A DNA stretch of 64,000 nucleotides. Origin: Oscillospiraceae bacterium (GTDB lineage: Bacteria > Bacillota > Clostridia > Oscillospirales > UBA929). The notes below the pieces were generated by a model that saw only the letters and a list, made by a program, of their open reading frames with translations, was not told the DNA's origin and did no database searches. A program made the translations under genes and the position numbers. The stretch is from positions 11,309-75,308 of the forward strand of contig JAVBOR010000030.1 of the NCBI GenBank assembly GCA_031550325.1, in the 5' to 3' direction. Positions 54,426-64,000 of this stretch are shown here, one piece after another (within the stretch, counting starts at the first letter, position 1; each line of letters begins with the position of its first letter).

Positions 54426-55673
54426 ATGTCTGTCAAACTGTTGGCGCAGAACTGCAGGCAGGCAGCCGAGCAGCTGCGCATCGCGCCCATCGGGGTGCGC
54501 AACGCCGTTTTGGAGCGCATGGCAAGCATGCTCACAGAGCATCGCGAGCAGCTTCTGGCGGCAAACGCCGCCGACGTGGCGCACGCGCGGGAAAACGCCC
54601 TGAGCGAGGCCATGGTCGACCGGCTGACGCTGAACGCGGCGCGCATAGAGGGCATGGCGGCCGGTCTGCGCGAGGTGGCCGCGATGCCCGACCCGATCGG
54701 CTCGATGGACTTTGTCTCCCGCCGCCCGAACGGGCTTCAGATCGGCTGCAAGCGCGTGCCGCTGGGCGTGGTGGGCGTCATCTTCGAGTCGCGGCCCAAC
54801 GTCACGGTCGACTCGGCTGCCCTGTGCCTGAAGGCCGGGAATCCCTGTTTGCTGCGCGGCGGGAAAGAGGCCATTTCGTCCAACATGGCGCTGGCCGGCC
54901 TGCTGCGCGCGGCGCTTGAGGCCTCCGGGCTTCCGGCCGACTGCGTCTGCCTGGTGGAGGACACTGACCGCGCGAGCGCCGTGGAAATGATGGGGCTCGT
55001 CGGGCTTCTGGACGTGCTTGTCCCGCGCGGCGGCGCGTCCCTGATCCGCACGGTCGTGGAAAACGCGCGCGTTCCGGTCATTCAGACCGGGGAGGGCAAC
55101 TGCCACATCTATGTTGATGAGGACGCCGATGAGGACATGGCGGTCGGCATCGTCGTCGACGCCAAGTGCTCGCGTCCGTCAACGTGCAACGCCGCCGAGA
55201 CGCTGCTGGTTCATCAAAAGATCGCGCCGGGCTTTCTGAAGGCCTGCGCAAAGGCGCTGCTGGAGCGCGGCGTCGAGCTGCGCGGCTGTGAGCGCACGCG
55301 CGCGATTCTGACGCAGGGCGTCAAGGAGGCCACGGAGAGCGACTGGCAGACCGAATACAACGACCTCATTCTGGCAGTGCGCGTGGTCGACGGGCTGTAC
55401 ATGGCCACGGCGCACATCGCAGCGTACGGTACAAAGCACAGCGAGGCGATCGTCACGCGCAACCTCTTCACTGCCCAGCGGTTTATTGACCGCGTTGACG
55501 CCGCGGCGGTGTATGTCAACGCCTCGACACGGTTTACAGACGGCGGGGAGTTTGGGCTTGGCGCCGAGCTGGGCATCTCAACCCAAAAGCTGCACGCGCG
55601 CGGTCCGATGGGCCTGCGCCACCTCACCACCGTTCAGTATGTCGTGATTGGCGAGGGGCAGGTCAGGGGGTAA
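54426..55673 (+). CDS. proA: Gamma-glutamyl phosphate reductase
   Basis: ATG 54426 two nt after the proB stop; GVIFESRPNVT, CNAAETLLVH, ST.FTDGGEFG motifs. Confidence 0.9.
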   Translation: MSVKLLAQNCRQAAEQLRIAPIGVRNAVLERMASMLTEHREQLLAANAADVAHARENALSEAMVDRLTLNAARIEGMAAGLREVAAMPDPIGSMDFVSRRPNGLQIGCKRVPLGVVGVIFESRPNVTVDSAALCLKAGNPCLLRGGKEAISSNMALAGLLRAALEASGLPADCVCLVEDTDRASAVEMMGLVGLLDVLVPRGGASLIRTVVENARVPVIQTGEGNCHIYVDEDADEDMAVGIVVDAKCSRPSTCNAAETLLVHQKIAPGFLKACAKALLERGVELRGCERTRAILTQGVKEATESDWQTEYNDLILAVRVVDGLYMATAHIAAYGTKHSEAIVTRNLFTAQRFIDRVDAAAVYVNASTRFTDGGEFGLGAELGISTQKLHARGPMGLRHLTTVQYVVIGEGQVRG

Positions 55674-55675
55674 GG

Positions 55676-56128
55676 CTGTCAAAGAACGTGTGCTTTCGCT
55701 TTGTGAAAGCACACGTTCTTTGACAAAGCGGGGGTTGGATCAAACCGCTGTGGCGGTTTGCAGAGTAGGGCGTTCCCGGAATGAATCCGGGAACGCCCTA
55801 AGACTGTAGACAAACCTTCGATTTGTCTACAAACGGGAGCAGGAACGCGTCTTTGTGAAGACGCGCATTGGGTGACTTTCCCGGAGTGAATCCGTGAAAG
55901 TCACTTGTTTCCATGCTTTGCGCTCAACCAGTCCAGCAGGGCCTAGCCGCCTTCGGCGTCAGGCTCGACGTGGTTTTGCGCAAAGGAACGAAGAGGCGGC
56001 CTTTGTCTACAGGCAGACAAACCGAAGGTTCGATGGGAAACGGTTTCGAAGAGTGAAATCCCGAAACCATTGTGGTTCATTTTTTTTGGATTCAATCCAG
56101 CAAGAACCTGTCGGCTGCGCAGCTGAGA
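55676..56128. repeat. Intergenic repeat locus R9 (A-G-D, 209-bp composite, then a D-E unit)
   Basis: Extended A 55676-55728 (20-bp perfect stem GTCAAAGAACGTGTGCTTTC/GAAAGCACACGTTCTTTGAC); G 55741-55760; D 55766-55800; C 55804-55832; B 55845-55865; D 55871-55904; E 55915-55987; D 56036-56073; truncated E 56082-56128. Confidence 0.9.
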
Positions 56129-56185
56129 GCAGGGCTTTGCGGAAGTTACTTCCGCAAAGCCCTGCTCTTGTTTACTCTTTTTGGT
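56127..56185 (+). terminator. Strong rho-independent terminator after the repeat array downstream of proBA
   Basis: GAGCAGGGCTTTGCGGAAGT / ACTTCCGCAAAGCCCTGCTC (20-nt perfectly complementary arms) followed by TTGTTTACTCTTTTTGG. Confidence 0.7.
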
Positions 56186-56334
56186 TTTAGGCGGGGCCAG
56201 TTGCCCATATGCACGGCCTTCTCCCCTTTGGTCCATTTTGCGCCGATCATCCTCAATTAACATTTTTACCCGCCTGTTTTCCAATAATCCCTATAAAATG
56301 ATGTGACTTTCTGAAAATTTCTTCACAATCTGTC

Positions 56335-56363
56335 CTTTACTTTTTGAAGCAATATGGTATAAT
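56335..56363 (+). promoter_or_regulatory. Candidate promoter with extended -10 (TGgTATAAT) for the second LRR gene
   Basis: TGG TATAAT at 56355-56363; weak -35 CTTTAC 17 nt upstream. Confidence 0.5.
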
Positions 56364-56436
56364 TTTCCCATGGGAAACACACTCTATGGCTTCCAGCATT
56401 TGGCAATTGGGTATTGGACAAGGAGGAAATTAGACA

Positions 56437-59100
56437 ATGAACCGTTTATTAAGAGGTCTCTCACTGGCCCTTGCGCTGGTTCTGCTTTCAACTCTGGTTC
56501 CGGCGGGCCTGGCCGTGAGCGGCCCTGACCATGCAGCGCATGTTATGCAGGGGGATGTCATTTCCCGCGAGAATGCTCTTTCCCTTCCCTTTGCCCCTCC
56601 TGCCCCAAATTTTGAGCAGCCTTCCCCGGATCTGGAGCGTCCCCTCCGCGCGCGTCCCGCCCGCACCTCCGGCGTGTACGCCGGCGCGTTTGACTATAAC
56701 GCGCACGACGCGGCCGCGGTCAGGACCTTTCTGGGCCAAATGCGCGAGGGCGTGTGCAACTTTGAAAAACTCGGCCTCTCTTCCCAGGATATCAATACGC
56801 CCACAGCATGGCGCTTCGCGGACTGGACGCTTGTCGGCAGCGAGTACCGGTTGCTCTCTCTCAATCTGTTTTTCCGCGGCGTATCGGGCTCCATTGACCT
56901 TTCGGGCTGCACAGAGCTGACCGAGGCCTATTTTGACTACAATCAGATCACCGATCTCAGGCTTACGGACTGTCAGAGCCTTGTGCGGTTGTCTCTTGAC
57001 GGCAACCCCATCCGATCGCTTGATCTGTCCGGCCTTTTGTCGCTTAGTGAGGTCGATTGCTCCGCGACCGGACTTCAAACGCTGAATGTCGCCGGCTGCC
57101 AGTCGCTCACGACCCTGTATTGCAGCGACAGTGAACTTGCCTCTTTGGAGCTCGACGGACTGACCTCACTGAGGTTTCTCGATTGCACGGACAACCGGCT
57201 CACCCAGCTCAGCCTCGCGGGCACAACCGGTATGATTGACTTTGCCTGCGACGGAAACAATTTGACAAGCCTTGATTTGACCGGCTACGCGTCGCTCCTG
57301 AATCTGTCCTGCACGCGCAACGCGCTTGACAGCCTGATCCTGGACGGCTGCGGCGCGCTCACCAGCCTTTTCTGCGGCACAAACGAGCTTACCGGTCTGG
57401 ACTTAACCGGACTGAACGCTCTTATCTCCCTCAACTGCGCGGGCAACAAGCTGACAGGCCTGACGCTCAGCTCGACTTCAGAGCTCCTCTGGCTGGGCTG
57501 CAGCAACAACCAGTTTACCTCGCTTGACCTGTCGGCGCTGACGAACCTCGAAACTCTGATTTGCTCAGACAATCGGCTCAAGTCGCTTGACCTGTCGGCT
57601 CAGCCCAACCTGTTCCTTCTCGACTGCGGTCAAAATGAACTTGCCTCGCTGGAGCTCTCCGGCCATGATGCGCTCACCTATCTTTACGCCGGCGAGAACA
57701 AGCTTACAGACATTACCCTCACGGGCTGCTCATCGCTTTTTTCGGCCGACTTTTCCCAAAACAAGCTCTCTGCTCTGGATCTGGACGGGCTGATTTCGCT
57801 GAACGACCTGATGATTCGCTACAACCTGTTCAGCGTTCTCAGCATCACGGATCTTCCCCGTCTGACCGTACTGGACTGCGCGTATAACGGCATGACCGAG
57901 CTGAGCCTTGTCGACCTTCCTTGGATGTCCCGCCTCGACGTCAGCGGCAACGAGCTGACAAGCCTCGGCTTTAACCCCGCAGATTTTCCCTGGCTTGAGC
58001 TGTTTTATGGCAACCACAACTATTTCTCATCGCTCGACTTTTCGGGCTGCAACTTCCTGTTGGAGGTCAGATGCGCCGGCAACGGCCTGAACGAGCTTGT
58101 TCTGGACGGCTGCACGGGTCTCCAACTGCTGCAGTGCCAGGAAAACGCGCTCTCCGAGCTTGACGTGTCCGACGCCGACGAGCTCGTTTTGCTCTCGGCT
58201 TACGCCAATCCGTTGACCGACGAGTGCGTTGACGTCTTATTGACGGCCGGGCTGACTTTCCTTGACTATACGCTGAACCAAAGGGGATACTCCATCCTGT
58301 CCTACGGAGAATACTTTGCGGACATCCAAAGCACAGGAGACGGAATGGCGCTTGTCTCCGACCTGAACACTCACAGCGGGGAGATTTACTTCCGCGTGCT
58401 CCCTGTTGCAAGCTTCATCGGCTGGCAAAGCCTTGTCGGCATGGAACAGCCCGAACCGGACTCCAATGAGGACAACACCATCGGCTACTACACCGCCGCC
58501 ATGACAGGGCCCCGGATGAGCGCCCTGGCCGTGTTCGCCGAGCCGTCGATTGTAACGAAGCTCGTGGTAAACAGCCCGAGCATAGTCGAGGGTCTGGCCG
58601 CCACGCTCAAAATTGACCTCACTGGCGAGAATCTCGACGGAAAAGAGATTACGGCGGGCTTCACCGCCGGCGGGCAAACCGTGGGCTCTCCGATTGCGCT
58701 GACCGCCGAAGGCGGCGTCTATCGCGCCAAGCTTGCGCTGAGCAGCGCCCCGGCCTGCGGCACTGACTGCGCTGTGGTGATTTGGGCTAACCGTGCCCTC
58801 CTTGCCTCCTTCCCGATTACCCTTCTAGAGTATAAGCCACAGGATCTCTGGTCGCCCGTATATCGGCCCGAACCGGACGGCGGCCGCATTGTCTTCGGCG
58901 AGACCATCGCGCCAGCCGCAAAGGGCGGATACGCGCTGAAAATTGATGGAACCTCTGTAAGCGCATGGCAATCAGACCGTAATACGCTTTCGTTTTCCAC
59001 TCCTCTCCCGCCGCAGCCGGGGAGCAAAATTGCCGTCAGCGGCGTCAAGTACCCAGAACTTTTCCCCAGCTACAGCTTCAGCTTTACGCTCAACGTGTAA
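56437..59100 (+). CDS. Secreted leucine-rich-repeat protein (internalin-like LRR array plus C-terminal beta-rich domains)
   Basis: AAGGAGG RBS; signal peptide MNRLLRGLSLALALVLLSTLVPAGLA; more than 20 tandem ~22-aa repeats (L..L.C..N.LTSLDLSG...L); ~250-aa C-terminal non-LRR region. Confidence 0.85.
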   Translation: MNRLLRGLSLALALVLLSTLVPAGLAVSGPDHAAHVMQGDVISRENALSLPFAPPAPNFEQPSPDLERPLRARPARTSGVYAGAFDYNAHDAAAVRTFLGQMREGVCNFEKLGLSSQDINTPTAWRFADWTLVGSEYRLLSLNLFFRGVSGSIDLSGCTELTEAYFDYNQITDLRLTDCQSLVRLSLDGNPIRSLDLSGLLSLSEVDCSATGLQTLNVAGCQSLTTLYCSDSELASLELDGLTSLRFLDCTDNRLTQLSLAGTTGMIDFACDGNNLTSLDLTGYASLLNLSCTRNALDSLILDGCGALTSLFCGTNELTGLDLTGLNALISLNCAGNKLTGLTLSSTSELLWLGCSNNQFTSLDLSALTNLETLICSDNRLKSLDLSAQPNLFLLDCGQNELASLELSGHDALTYLYAGENKLTDITLTGCSSLFSADFSQNKLSALDLDGLISLNDLMIRYNLFSVLSITDLPRLTVLDCAYNGMTELSLVDLPWMSRLDVSGNELTSLGFNPADFPWLELFYGNHNYFSSLDFSGCNFLLEVRCAGNGLNELVLDGCTGLQLLQCQENALSELDVSDADELVLLSAYANPLTDECVDVLLTAGLTFLDYTLNQRGYSILSYGEYFADIQSTGDGMALVSDLNTHSGEIYFRVLPVASFIGWQSLVGMEQPEPDSNEDNTIGYYTAAMTGPRMSALAVFAEPSIVTKLVVNSPSIVEGLAATLKIDLTGENLDGKEITAGFTAGGQTVGSPIALTAEGGVYRAKLALSSAPACGTDCAVVIWANRALLASFPITLLEYKPQDLWSPVYRPEPDGGRIVFGETIAPAAKGGYALKIDGTSVSAWQSDRNTLSFSTPLPPQPGSKIAVSGVKYPELFPSYSFSFTLNV

Positions 59101-59103
59101 AGC

Positions 59104-59131
59104 GCGCCGCCGCGCTGAGTCGCGGCGGCGC
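59104..59131 (+). terminator. GC hairpin after the LRR gene (possible terminator, no U-tract)
   Basis: GCGCCGCCGCG-CTGAGT-CGCGGCGGCGC, 4 nt after the stop. Confidence 0.4.
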
Positions 59132-59318
59132 TGGCAGCCGCGAAACGTTTTGCCGGGGTTCGGGCGCAGCGTCGTTTGAGCCGCCGGCGAAACATTTTGC
59201 CTTGTTATGTAAAGTTTCCTCTTGTAACTTTGAAAGATATACTGTATCATAATAGGGATATAAGCAGTTTTTAATCATTACTCTACTTTCAGCATGCACA
59301 AAGGAAGGATGACGAGCC

Positions 59319-60407
59319 ATGTCAAATCGCATGTTTCAGGGCATAGTCCTGCAAATGAAAGAAGCTTCGGATCGCATTCTCGGCGTGCTGGACGGGACGG
59401 GAACGGTTGTCGCCTGCAGTGATCTGTCCAAGATTGGCGAAAAGTGGGAGTTGGCCGTCAACGACATTTCCATGCAGTCGGACGACATCGTTGTCAGCGG
59501 CGGCTACACGTATCGCCCGCTGACCAGCTGGTCTTCCCATTTTGACTACGCCGCCTTTGTCGAGGGCGATACGCCGCACGCGCGCAGCCTGTGCGTCGCA
59601 ATTGCCGTGGCGCTCAATGGCGCGAAGGCGTTTTTTGATGAAAAGCACGACAAGGCAACGTTTGCCAAAAACATTCTGCTGGACAACATCCTGCCCGGAG
59701 ACATTTATGTCCACAGCCGCGAACTGCACTTTGACGGCGACGTCCCGCGAGCTGTCCTTCTGGTGCGTCAGCTTGACACGCCGGACATCGCGGCCGTCGA
59801 CATTATCCAGGGCCTGTTTCCTGACCGCCAGCACGATTTTGTTGTCTCGCTCAACGAGACCGACATCGCGCTTGTCAAGGAAGTCTTGCCCGACGTTGAT
59901 CCCAAGGACCTCAGAAAACTTGCGCTCGCCATTGAAGAAACCATCAAAAGCGAGCTCATGGTGCGCACGGTCATCGGCATCGGCACGGTCGCCGAGCATG
60001 TGAAGGATCTGGCGGCGTCCTACAAGGAGGCCACCGTTGCCATTGAGGTCGGCAAGGTGTTTGACACCGAAAAGACCATCATCAATTACGAGAACCTGGG
60101 AATAGGGCGGCTGATTTATCAGCTTCCCACGACCATGTGCGAAATGTTTTTATCCGAGGTGTTCAAAAAGAGCACCATTGACTCCCTTGACCGCGAAACG
60201 CTGGAGACCATCCAAAAGTTTTTTGAAAACAACCTCAACGTCTCCGAAACCTCGCGGAAGCTTTTTGTCCACCGCAACACGCTTGTGTACAGGCTTGAAA
60301 AGATCAAGAAGCTCACGGGACTAGACTTGCGCGAATTCGACCACGCGATTATTTTCAAGGTTGCGCTGATGGTCAAGCGGTATCTGCTTTCCAGACAGGG
60401 CGGATGA
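59319..60407 (+). CDS. CdaR/PucR-family transcriptional regulator
   Basis: N-terminal diacid-regulator-like segment (MFQGIVLQMKEASDRILGVLDGTGTVVACSD), C-terminal PucR HTH (LNVSETSRKLFVHRNTLVYRLEKIKKLTGLD). Confidence 0.75.
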   Translation: MSNRMFQGIVLQMKEASDRILGVLDGTGTVVACSDLSKIGEKWELAVNDISMQSDDIVVSGGYTYRPLTSWSSHFDYAAFVEGDTPHARSLCVAIAVALNGAKAFFDEKHDKATFAKNILLDNILPGDIYVHSRELHFDGDVPRAVLLVRQLDTPDIAAVDIIQGLFPDRQHDFVVSLNETDIALVKEVLPDVDPKDLRKLALAIEETIKSELMVRTVIGIGTVAEHVKDLAASYKEATVAIEVGKVFDTEKTIINYENLGIGRLIYQLPTTMCEMFLSEVFKKSTIDSLDRETLETIQKFFENNLNVSETSRKLFVHRNTLVYRLEKIKKLTGLDLREFDHAIIFKVALMVKRYLLSRQGG

Positions 60408-60450
60408 TGATAGAGATGGAAGACTCCGGGGGCATTATGGGAGTGGTAAA

Positions 60451-61146
60451 TTGGTTCGATTTGTAGATGTGTATAAAGCATATGACAATGGTACGAAAGC
60501 GCTGAAAGGCGTCACTCTGCGCATTGACGACGGGGAGTTTGTGTTTTTGGTCGGCCCTTCGGGTTCGGGGAAATCTACCATCATCAAGCTTTTGACCGGT
60601 GAAATCAGGCCCACCGAGGGCAAGGTTATGGTCAACGGCTACAGCATCAACACCGCCAAAGAAAATGAGATCCCCATGCTCAGGCGCACCCTCGGCGTCA
60701 TATTTCAGGATTTTCGGCTGATTGACAAAAAGAGCGTCTATGAGAACGTGGCTTTTGCCATGCGTGTCGTAGGCGCCTCTCCACGTGAGATCAAGCTTCG
60801 CGTGCCCTATGTCCTGGACCTGGTCGGACTCTCCCACAAGGCGCGCAGGCGTCCCTTTGAACTTTCGGGCGGGGAGCAGCAGCGCGTGGCCATTGCGCGC
60901 GCGCTGATCAACAACCCACGCGTGATCATCGCGGACGAGCCCACGGGAAACCTTGATCCGGCGCGCAGCCTGGAGATCATGATGCTGCTTGAGCGCATCA
61001 ACGCGCTGGGAACAACCGTTTTGGCGGTCACACACGAAAAAGAACTGGTCAACCGCTTTGCCAAGCGCGTGGTGGCCATTGACGGCGGCCGGGTCATTGG
61101 CGACCGGACCGGCGGGTATTTTAACTATGAAACGTTACGTCACTAG
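60451..61146 (+). CDS. ftsE: Cell-division ATP-binding protein FtsE
   Basis: TTG start; Walker A GPSGSGKST, signature LSGGEQQRVAIARAL, Walker B IIADEPTGNLD. Confidence 0.9.
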   Translation: MVRFVDVYKAYDNGTKALKGVTLRIDDGEFVFLVGPSGSGKSTIIKLLTGEIRPTEGKVMVNGYSINTAKENEIPMLRRTLGVIFQDFRLIDKKSVYENVAFAMRVVGASPREIKLRVPYVLDLVGLSHKARRRPFELSGGEQQRVAIARALINNPRVIIADEPTGNLDPARSLEIMMLLERINALGTTVLAVTHEKELVNRFAKRVVAIDGGRVIGDRTGGYFNYETLRH

Positions 61147-62014
61147 ATACTTCCTTACCGAGGGAATACGCGGACTTTTTCTGCACGGCTTTATGAGTTT
61201 TGCCGCCGTCGGCGTGATTGTGGCGTGCCTGCTGATCATGGGCAGCTTCACGCTTCTGGCCGTCAATATTGACTCGCTTGTGCGCGGCCTTGAACAGCAA
61301 AATGAGCTGATCGCCTATGTGGACGAGTCGCTCACCGATGCCGAGGCCCGCAGCGTCGGTACGCGCATCAACCTATTGGACAATATCGCCAACACGATTT
61401 TTGTCTCCAAGGAGGATGCGCTGGAGGAGTTTACCGATTCCTTCGGGCAGTATAAATTTCTGCTGGAGGGCTATGAGGACAACAACAATCTGCGCCACCG
61501 CTACCGCGTGTTTCTTATGGACATTTCCCTGGTCAATGAAACCGTGGCGGAGATCCAGACCGTGGCCGGCGTGGCCGAGGTTCATGTCGACCTGGAAGTG
61601 GCCAACGGGCTGATCACCTTCCGGCGCGTCATTGAAACCGTCTCCTTTGTGCTGATCGTCGCGCTCTTGCTCGTGAGCATCTTCATCATATCCAATACGA
61701 TTAAGCTGGCCACCTTTGACCGGCGCGAGGAAATCGGGATCATGCGCATTGTCGGCGCAACCAAGAGCTTCATCCGCTGGCCGTTTGTGGTCGAGGGCTT
61801 TTTGCTTGGCATGATGGCCGCTGTTTTCGCGTTCTTTTTCCAGTGGATCGTCTACAACACCTTTGCCGACGGCGTACTGAGCGACGTTTCGCAGGTACAG
61901 CTGATCTCCTTTGGGGACATGTTCCTGCCCATTTTGCTCATCTTTGTGCTGACCGGCTTTCTCGTGGGCGTGGGCGGAAGCCTGCTGACCATCCGTAAAT
62001 TCCTGCGCGTTTAG
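61127..62014 (+). CDS. ftsX: Cell-division permease-like protein FtsX
   Basis: ATG 61127 overlaps the ftsE end; 4-TM FtsX topology with a large first extracellular loop; C-terminal FtsX domain. Confidence 0.85.
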   Translation: MKRYVTRYFLTEGIRGLFLHGFMSFAAVGVIVACLLIMGSFTLLAVNIDSLVRGLEQQNELIAYVDESLTDAEARSVGTRINLLDNIANTIFVSKEDALEEFTDSFGQYKFLLEGYEDNNNLRHRYRVFLMDISLVNETVAEIQTVAGVAEVHVDLEVANGLITFRRVIETVSFVLIVALLLVSIFIISNTIKLATFDRREEIGIMRIVGATKSFIRWPFVVEGFLLGMMAAVFAFFFQWIVYNTFADGVLSDVSQVQLISFGDMFLPILLIFVLTGFLVGVGGSLLTIRKFLRV

Positions 62015-62065
62015 CGCAGGCGCACATAAAACGCATTCGTTTTGCATACATTAGGGGGATTGACT

Positions 62066-63301
62066 TTGAAAAAACCTGTGAAAACCCGCAGGCAAAAGCT
62101 GGCCATGTGGCTTGCGATCGGCTTGGCCGTCCTGCTTCTCGTGCCGATTTTGGCAGGCGTCATCCTGTCCATGCTCCCCTCTGCGGAGGCCGTGACACAG
62201 TCGGAAATTTCCCGCCTTAAGGACAACCAAAAAGCGCTGGAGTCCGAAAAAAAACGCATTCAGGATCAGCTCAATGCCCTTAAAAGCGAAAAGGCCGACG
62301 CCATCGCGCAGAAACAGGCCATTGATCTGCAGATTGACGTCACCGCCATGGAGATTGAAAACACGACGGCGCTGATTCAGGAGCTGACCCAGGCGATCTT
62401 TGACCAGCAGGTGGCGCTGGGCCGCGCCGTTTCCGAGGGAGATGAGGCCTACGAGCTCTTCCGTACGCGCGTGCGCGTGATGGAGGAGGCCGGCAGCGCG
62501 ACGTACCTAGGCATTTTGTTCCAGTCCAGCAGCTTTTCCGACCTGCTTGGTCGATGGGAGTTTATCAACGAGGTCATTGCGTCCGACCAGCGGCTGATGT
62601 CCGATCTGGCTGAAAAGCGCGCTGCCATCGACGAGGCCCGTCTGCAGCTCGAGGCCGACAAGGCCGACCAGATGGAAAACAGACGCCAGCTGGACGTGCG
62701 GCAAGCCGAGCTGGCCGAACAGTACCGCCAGGCCGACGCCTTTATCGCCCAGCTTGTCAATGAACACGCGGAGTACGAAAAGGCTTATAACGACCAGGTC
62801 AAGGCCATGGAGGACGCCAGCAAGGACATCGCCAAGGCCGAGGCCGAGTTTAAGCGGCAGCAGCAGGCCGCCAAGAAAAGTACAAAATACGTGGGCGGCG
62901 TGTACACCTGGCCGCTCCCGAGCAGCTACAACATCACCTCTCCGTTCGGCTGGCGCGACCATCCGATTTTAAAGGTTCCCAAGATGCACACGGGCATTGA
63001 CATCGGCGCGCCGAAGAACTCCCAGATCGTCGCGGCCAACGCCGGTACGGTGATCGTGGCCACATACAACAGCGGCTACGGCAACTACATCGTCATTGAC
63101 CACGGCGGCGGGCAGTCCACACTGTACGCCCACCAGACCAAGTTCGCCAGCGGCGTCAAAGTCGGCACTGAAGTGAAAAAGGGCCAGCTGATCGGCTATG
63201 TTGGCTCGACCGGGCTGTCCACGGGCCCGCACCTTCACTTTGAAGTGCGCATCAATGGCGAACACCAGAATCCTGAGAAGTATTTTACGAAGGCTGGGTA
63301 A
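62066..63301 (+). CDS. M23-family peptidase with N-terminal coiled coil (EnvC-like)
   Basis: TM anchor, ~230-aa heptad-like Q/E/K/A region, LytM motifs HTGIDI, YGNYIVIDHGGG.STLYAH, GSTGLSTGPHLHFEV. TTG 62066 favoured by AGGGGGA RBS. Confidence 0.85.
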   Translation: MKKPVKTRRQKLAMWLAIGLAVLLLVPILAGVILSMLPSAEAVTQSEISRLKDNQKALESEKKRIQDQLNALKSEKADAIAQKQAIDLQIDVTAMEIENTTALIQELTQAIFDQQVALGRAVSEGDEAYELFRTRVRVMEEAGSATYLGILFQSSSFSDLLGRWEFINEVIASDQRLMSDLAEKRAAIDEARLQLEADKADQMENRRQLDVRQAELAEQYRQADAFIAQLVNEHAEYEKAYNDQVKAMEDASKDIAKAEAEFKRQQQAAKKSTKYVGGVYTWPLPSSYNITSPFGWRDHPILKVPKMHTGIDIGAPKNSQIVAANAGTVIVATYNSGYGNYIVIDHGGGQSTLYAHQTKFASGVKVGTEVKKGQLIGYVGSTGLSTGPHLHFEVRINGEHQNPEKYFTKAG

Positions 63302-63304
63302 TGC

Positions 63305-64000
63305 TTGAAAAGAAGGTTTTCAACCGGCACTGTCCTCGCGCTGATGCTGCTCGCCGCAGCGCTCACCTATTTGTTGTCCCTGGTGTCAATCAACGAAACG
63401 TATAACGCGAAGCTGAAAGCCGCCGAGCAAACGATTGAACAGGCCAAGACCTTTTTGGAGGCCGAAACGGTCATTGAACAGAACTTCGTCGGCGATTGGG
63501 ACGCCGATACGCTTATGGACGGCGCGATCAGCGGCATGGTCGGGTCACTGGGCGACCGTTGGTCGCATTACCTGACCGCCGAGCAGTATGAGGCGTATCA
63601 AAACGCCGACGCCGAGTTTGTCGGTATCGGCGTGACCGTCACGCCCGTCCCCGATTCGCAGCGGCTGCAAATCTCTTCGGTATACAGCGACTCCCCCGCG
63701 CAGGAGGCCGGCATCGCGCCCTACGACATCATTATTTCGGTAGATGGCATTGACGTGGAGACGCTTGGCTATCAGGGCGCCGTCAACCGCGTGCGCGGCG
63801 AGGAGTACACCGTTGTCAGCCTCACGCTCATCCGCGCCGCCGACGAGACCACCTATACGGTCAATGTCACCAGGCGCGCCGTCAAGGCAGAGCGCGTAAC
63901 TTCGGAGATCCTCGACGGCGACATCGGCTATATTCGCGTGCGCTCCTTCAACGAGCGCGTGGACGAGGAATTTGCCAGCGCGCTTAATCAGCTTCTGGAC
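63305..64000 (+). CDS. S41-family C-terminal processing peptidase (partial, continues past window end)
   Basis: Own translation from TTG 63305: LKRRFSTGTVLALMLLAAALTYLL...GMVGSLGDRWSHYLT...FVGIGV..., PDZ-like SPAQEAGIAPYDIIISVDG, GYIRVRSF. Confidence 0.8.
   Translation, partial: MKRRFSTGTVLALMLLAAALTYLLSLVSINETYNAKLKAAEQTIEQAKTFLEAETVIEQNFVGDWDADTLMDGAISGMVGSLGDRWSHYLTAEQYEAYQNADAEFVGIGVTVTPVPDSQRLQISSVYSDSPAQEAGIAPYDIIISVDGIDVETLGYQGAVNRVRGEEYTVVSLTLIRAADETTYTVNVTRRAVKAERVTSEILDGDIGYIRVRSFNERVDEEFASALNQLLD

Overview
All calls come from reading the sequence and ORF track by eye; no homology or structure search was run, so product names rest on remembered family motifs.

The window is a high-GC (roughly 60% by eye) Clostridia-type chromosomal segment. 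A pro-sigma-K gene points to a spore-former, and many surface proteins carry SLH (S-layer homology) domains. Oscillospiraceae-like is only a taxonomic guess.

I call about 55 protein genes:
- lepA (partial) and two MATE efflux genes.
- An SLH S-layer-type protein and two leucine-rich-repeat (LRR) surface proteins.
- A nudix-walR-walK-yycH-yycI operon and a polytopic membrane LuxR regulator.
- A conserved acpS / ydcC-like / alr / mazF block that lacks mazE.
- cheV, and a prenyltransferase-like SLH protein paired with a DUF4430 lipoprotein.
- sigK, an aldo/keto reductase, and a GNAT-methyltransferase fusion.
- A vWA sortase-type surface protein, and addAB.
- Two tandem RCC1-repeat/SLH paralogs.
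- pgk-tpiA-gpmI-eno, degV, proBA, a cdaR-like regulator, and ftsEX plus an M23 peptidase and an S41 peptidase (partial).

I saw no rRNA, tRNA, CRISPR array, transposase, integrase or phage genes.

The gene list leaves one thing unexplained: a modular family of palindromic repeats that fills almost every larger intergenic gap.
- It occupies at least 10 loci and about 2.7 kb, roughly 4% of the window.
- It is built from about 7 short hairpin modules plus a second, roughly 150-bp repeat family.
- One two-hairpin unit of about 115 nt occurs 10 times. Its loops and cores are conserved, but its stems fall into three sequence classes that remain complementary.
- One 209-bp composite with GTAG...CTAC inverted termini occurs twice at 6 mismatches.

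I rank this as the best candidate for something undescribed: a structured RNA or a REP/BOX/MITE-like DNA element. I cannot establish novelty or function from the sequence alone.

Secondary leads are:
- a split, surface-anchored transcobalamin-like pair;
- an apparently antitoxin-less MazF;
- concerted evolution between the RCC1/SLH paralogs;
- a small Cys-containing ORF upstream of the vWA protein;
- a structured leader upstream of the aldo/keto reductase.
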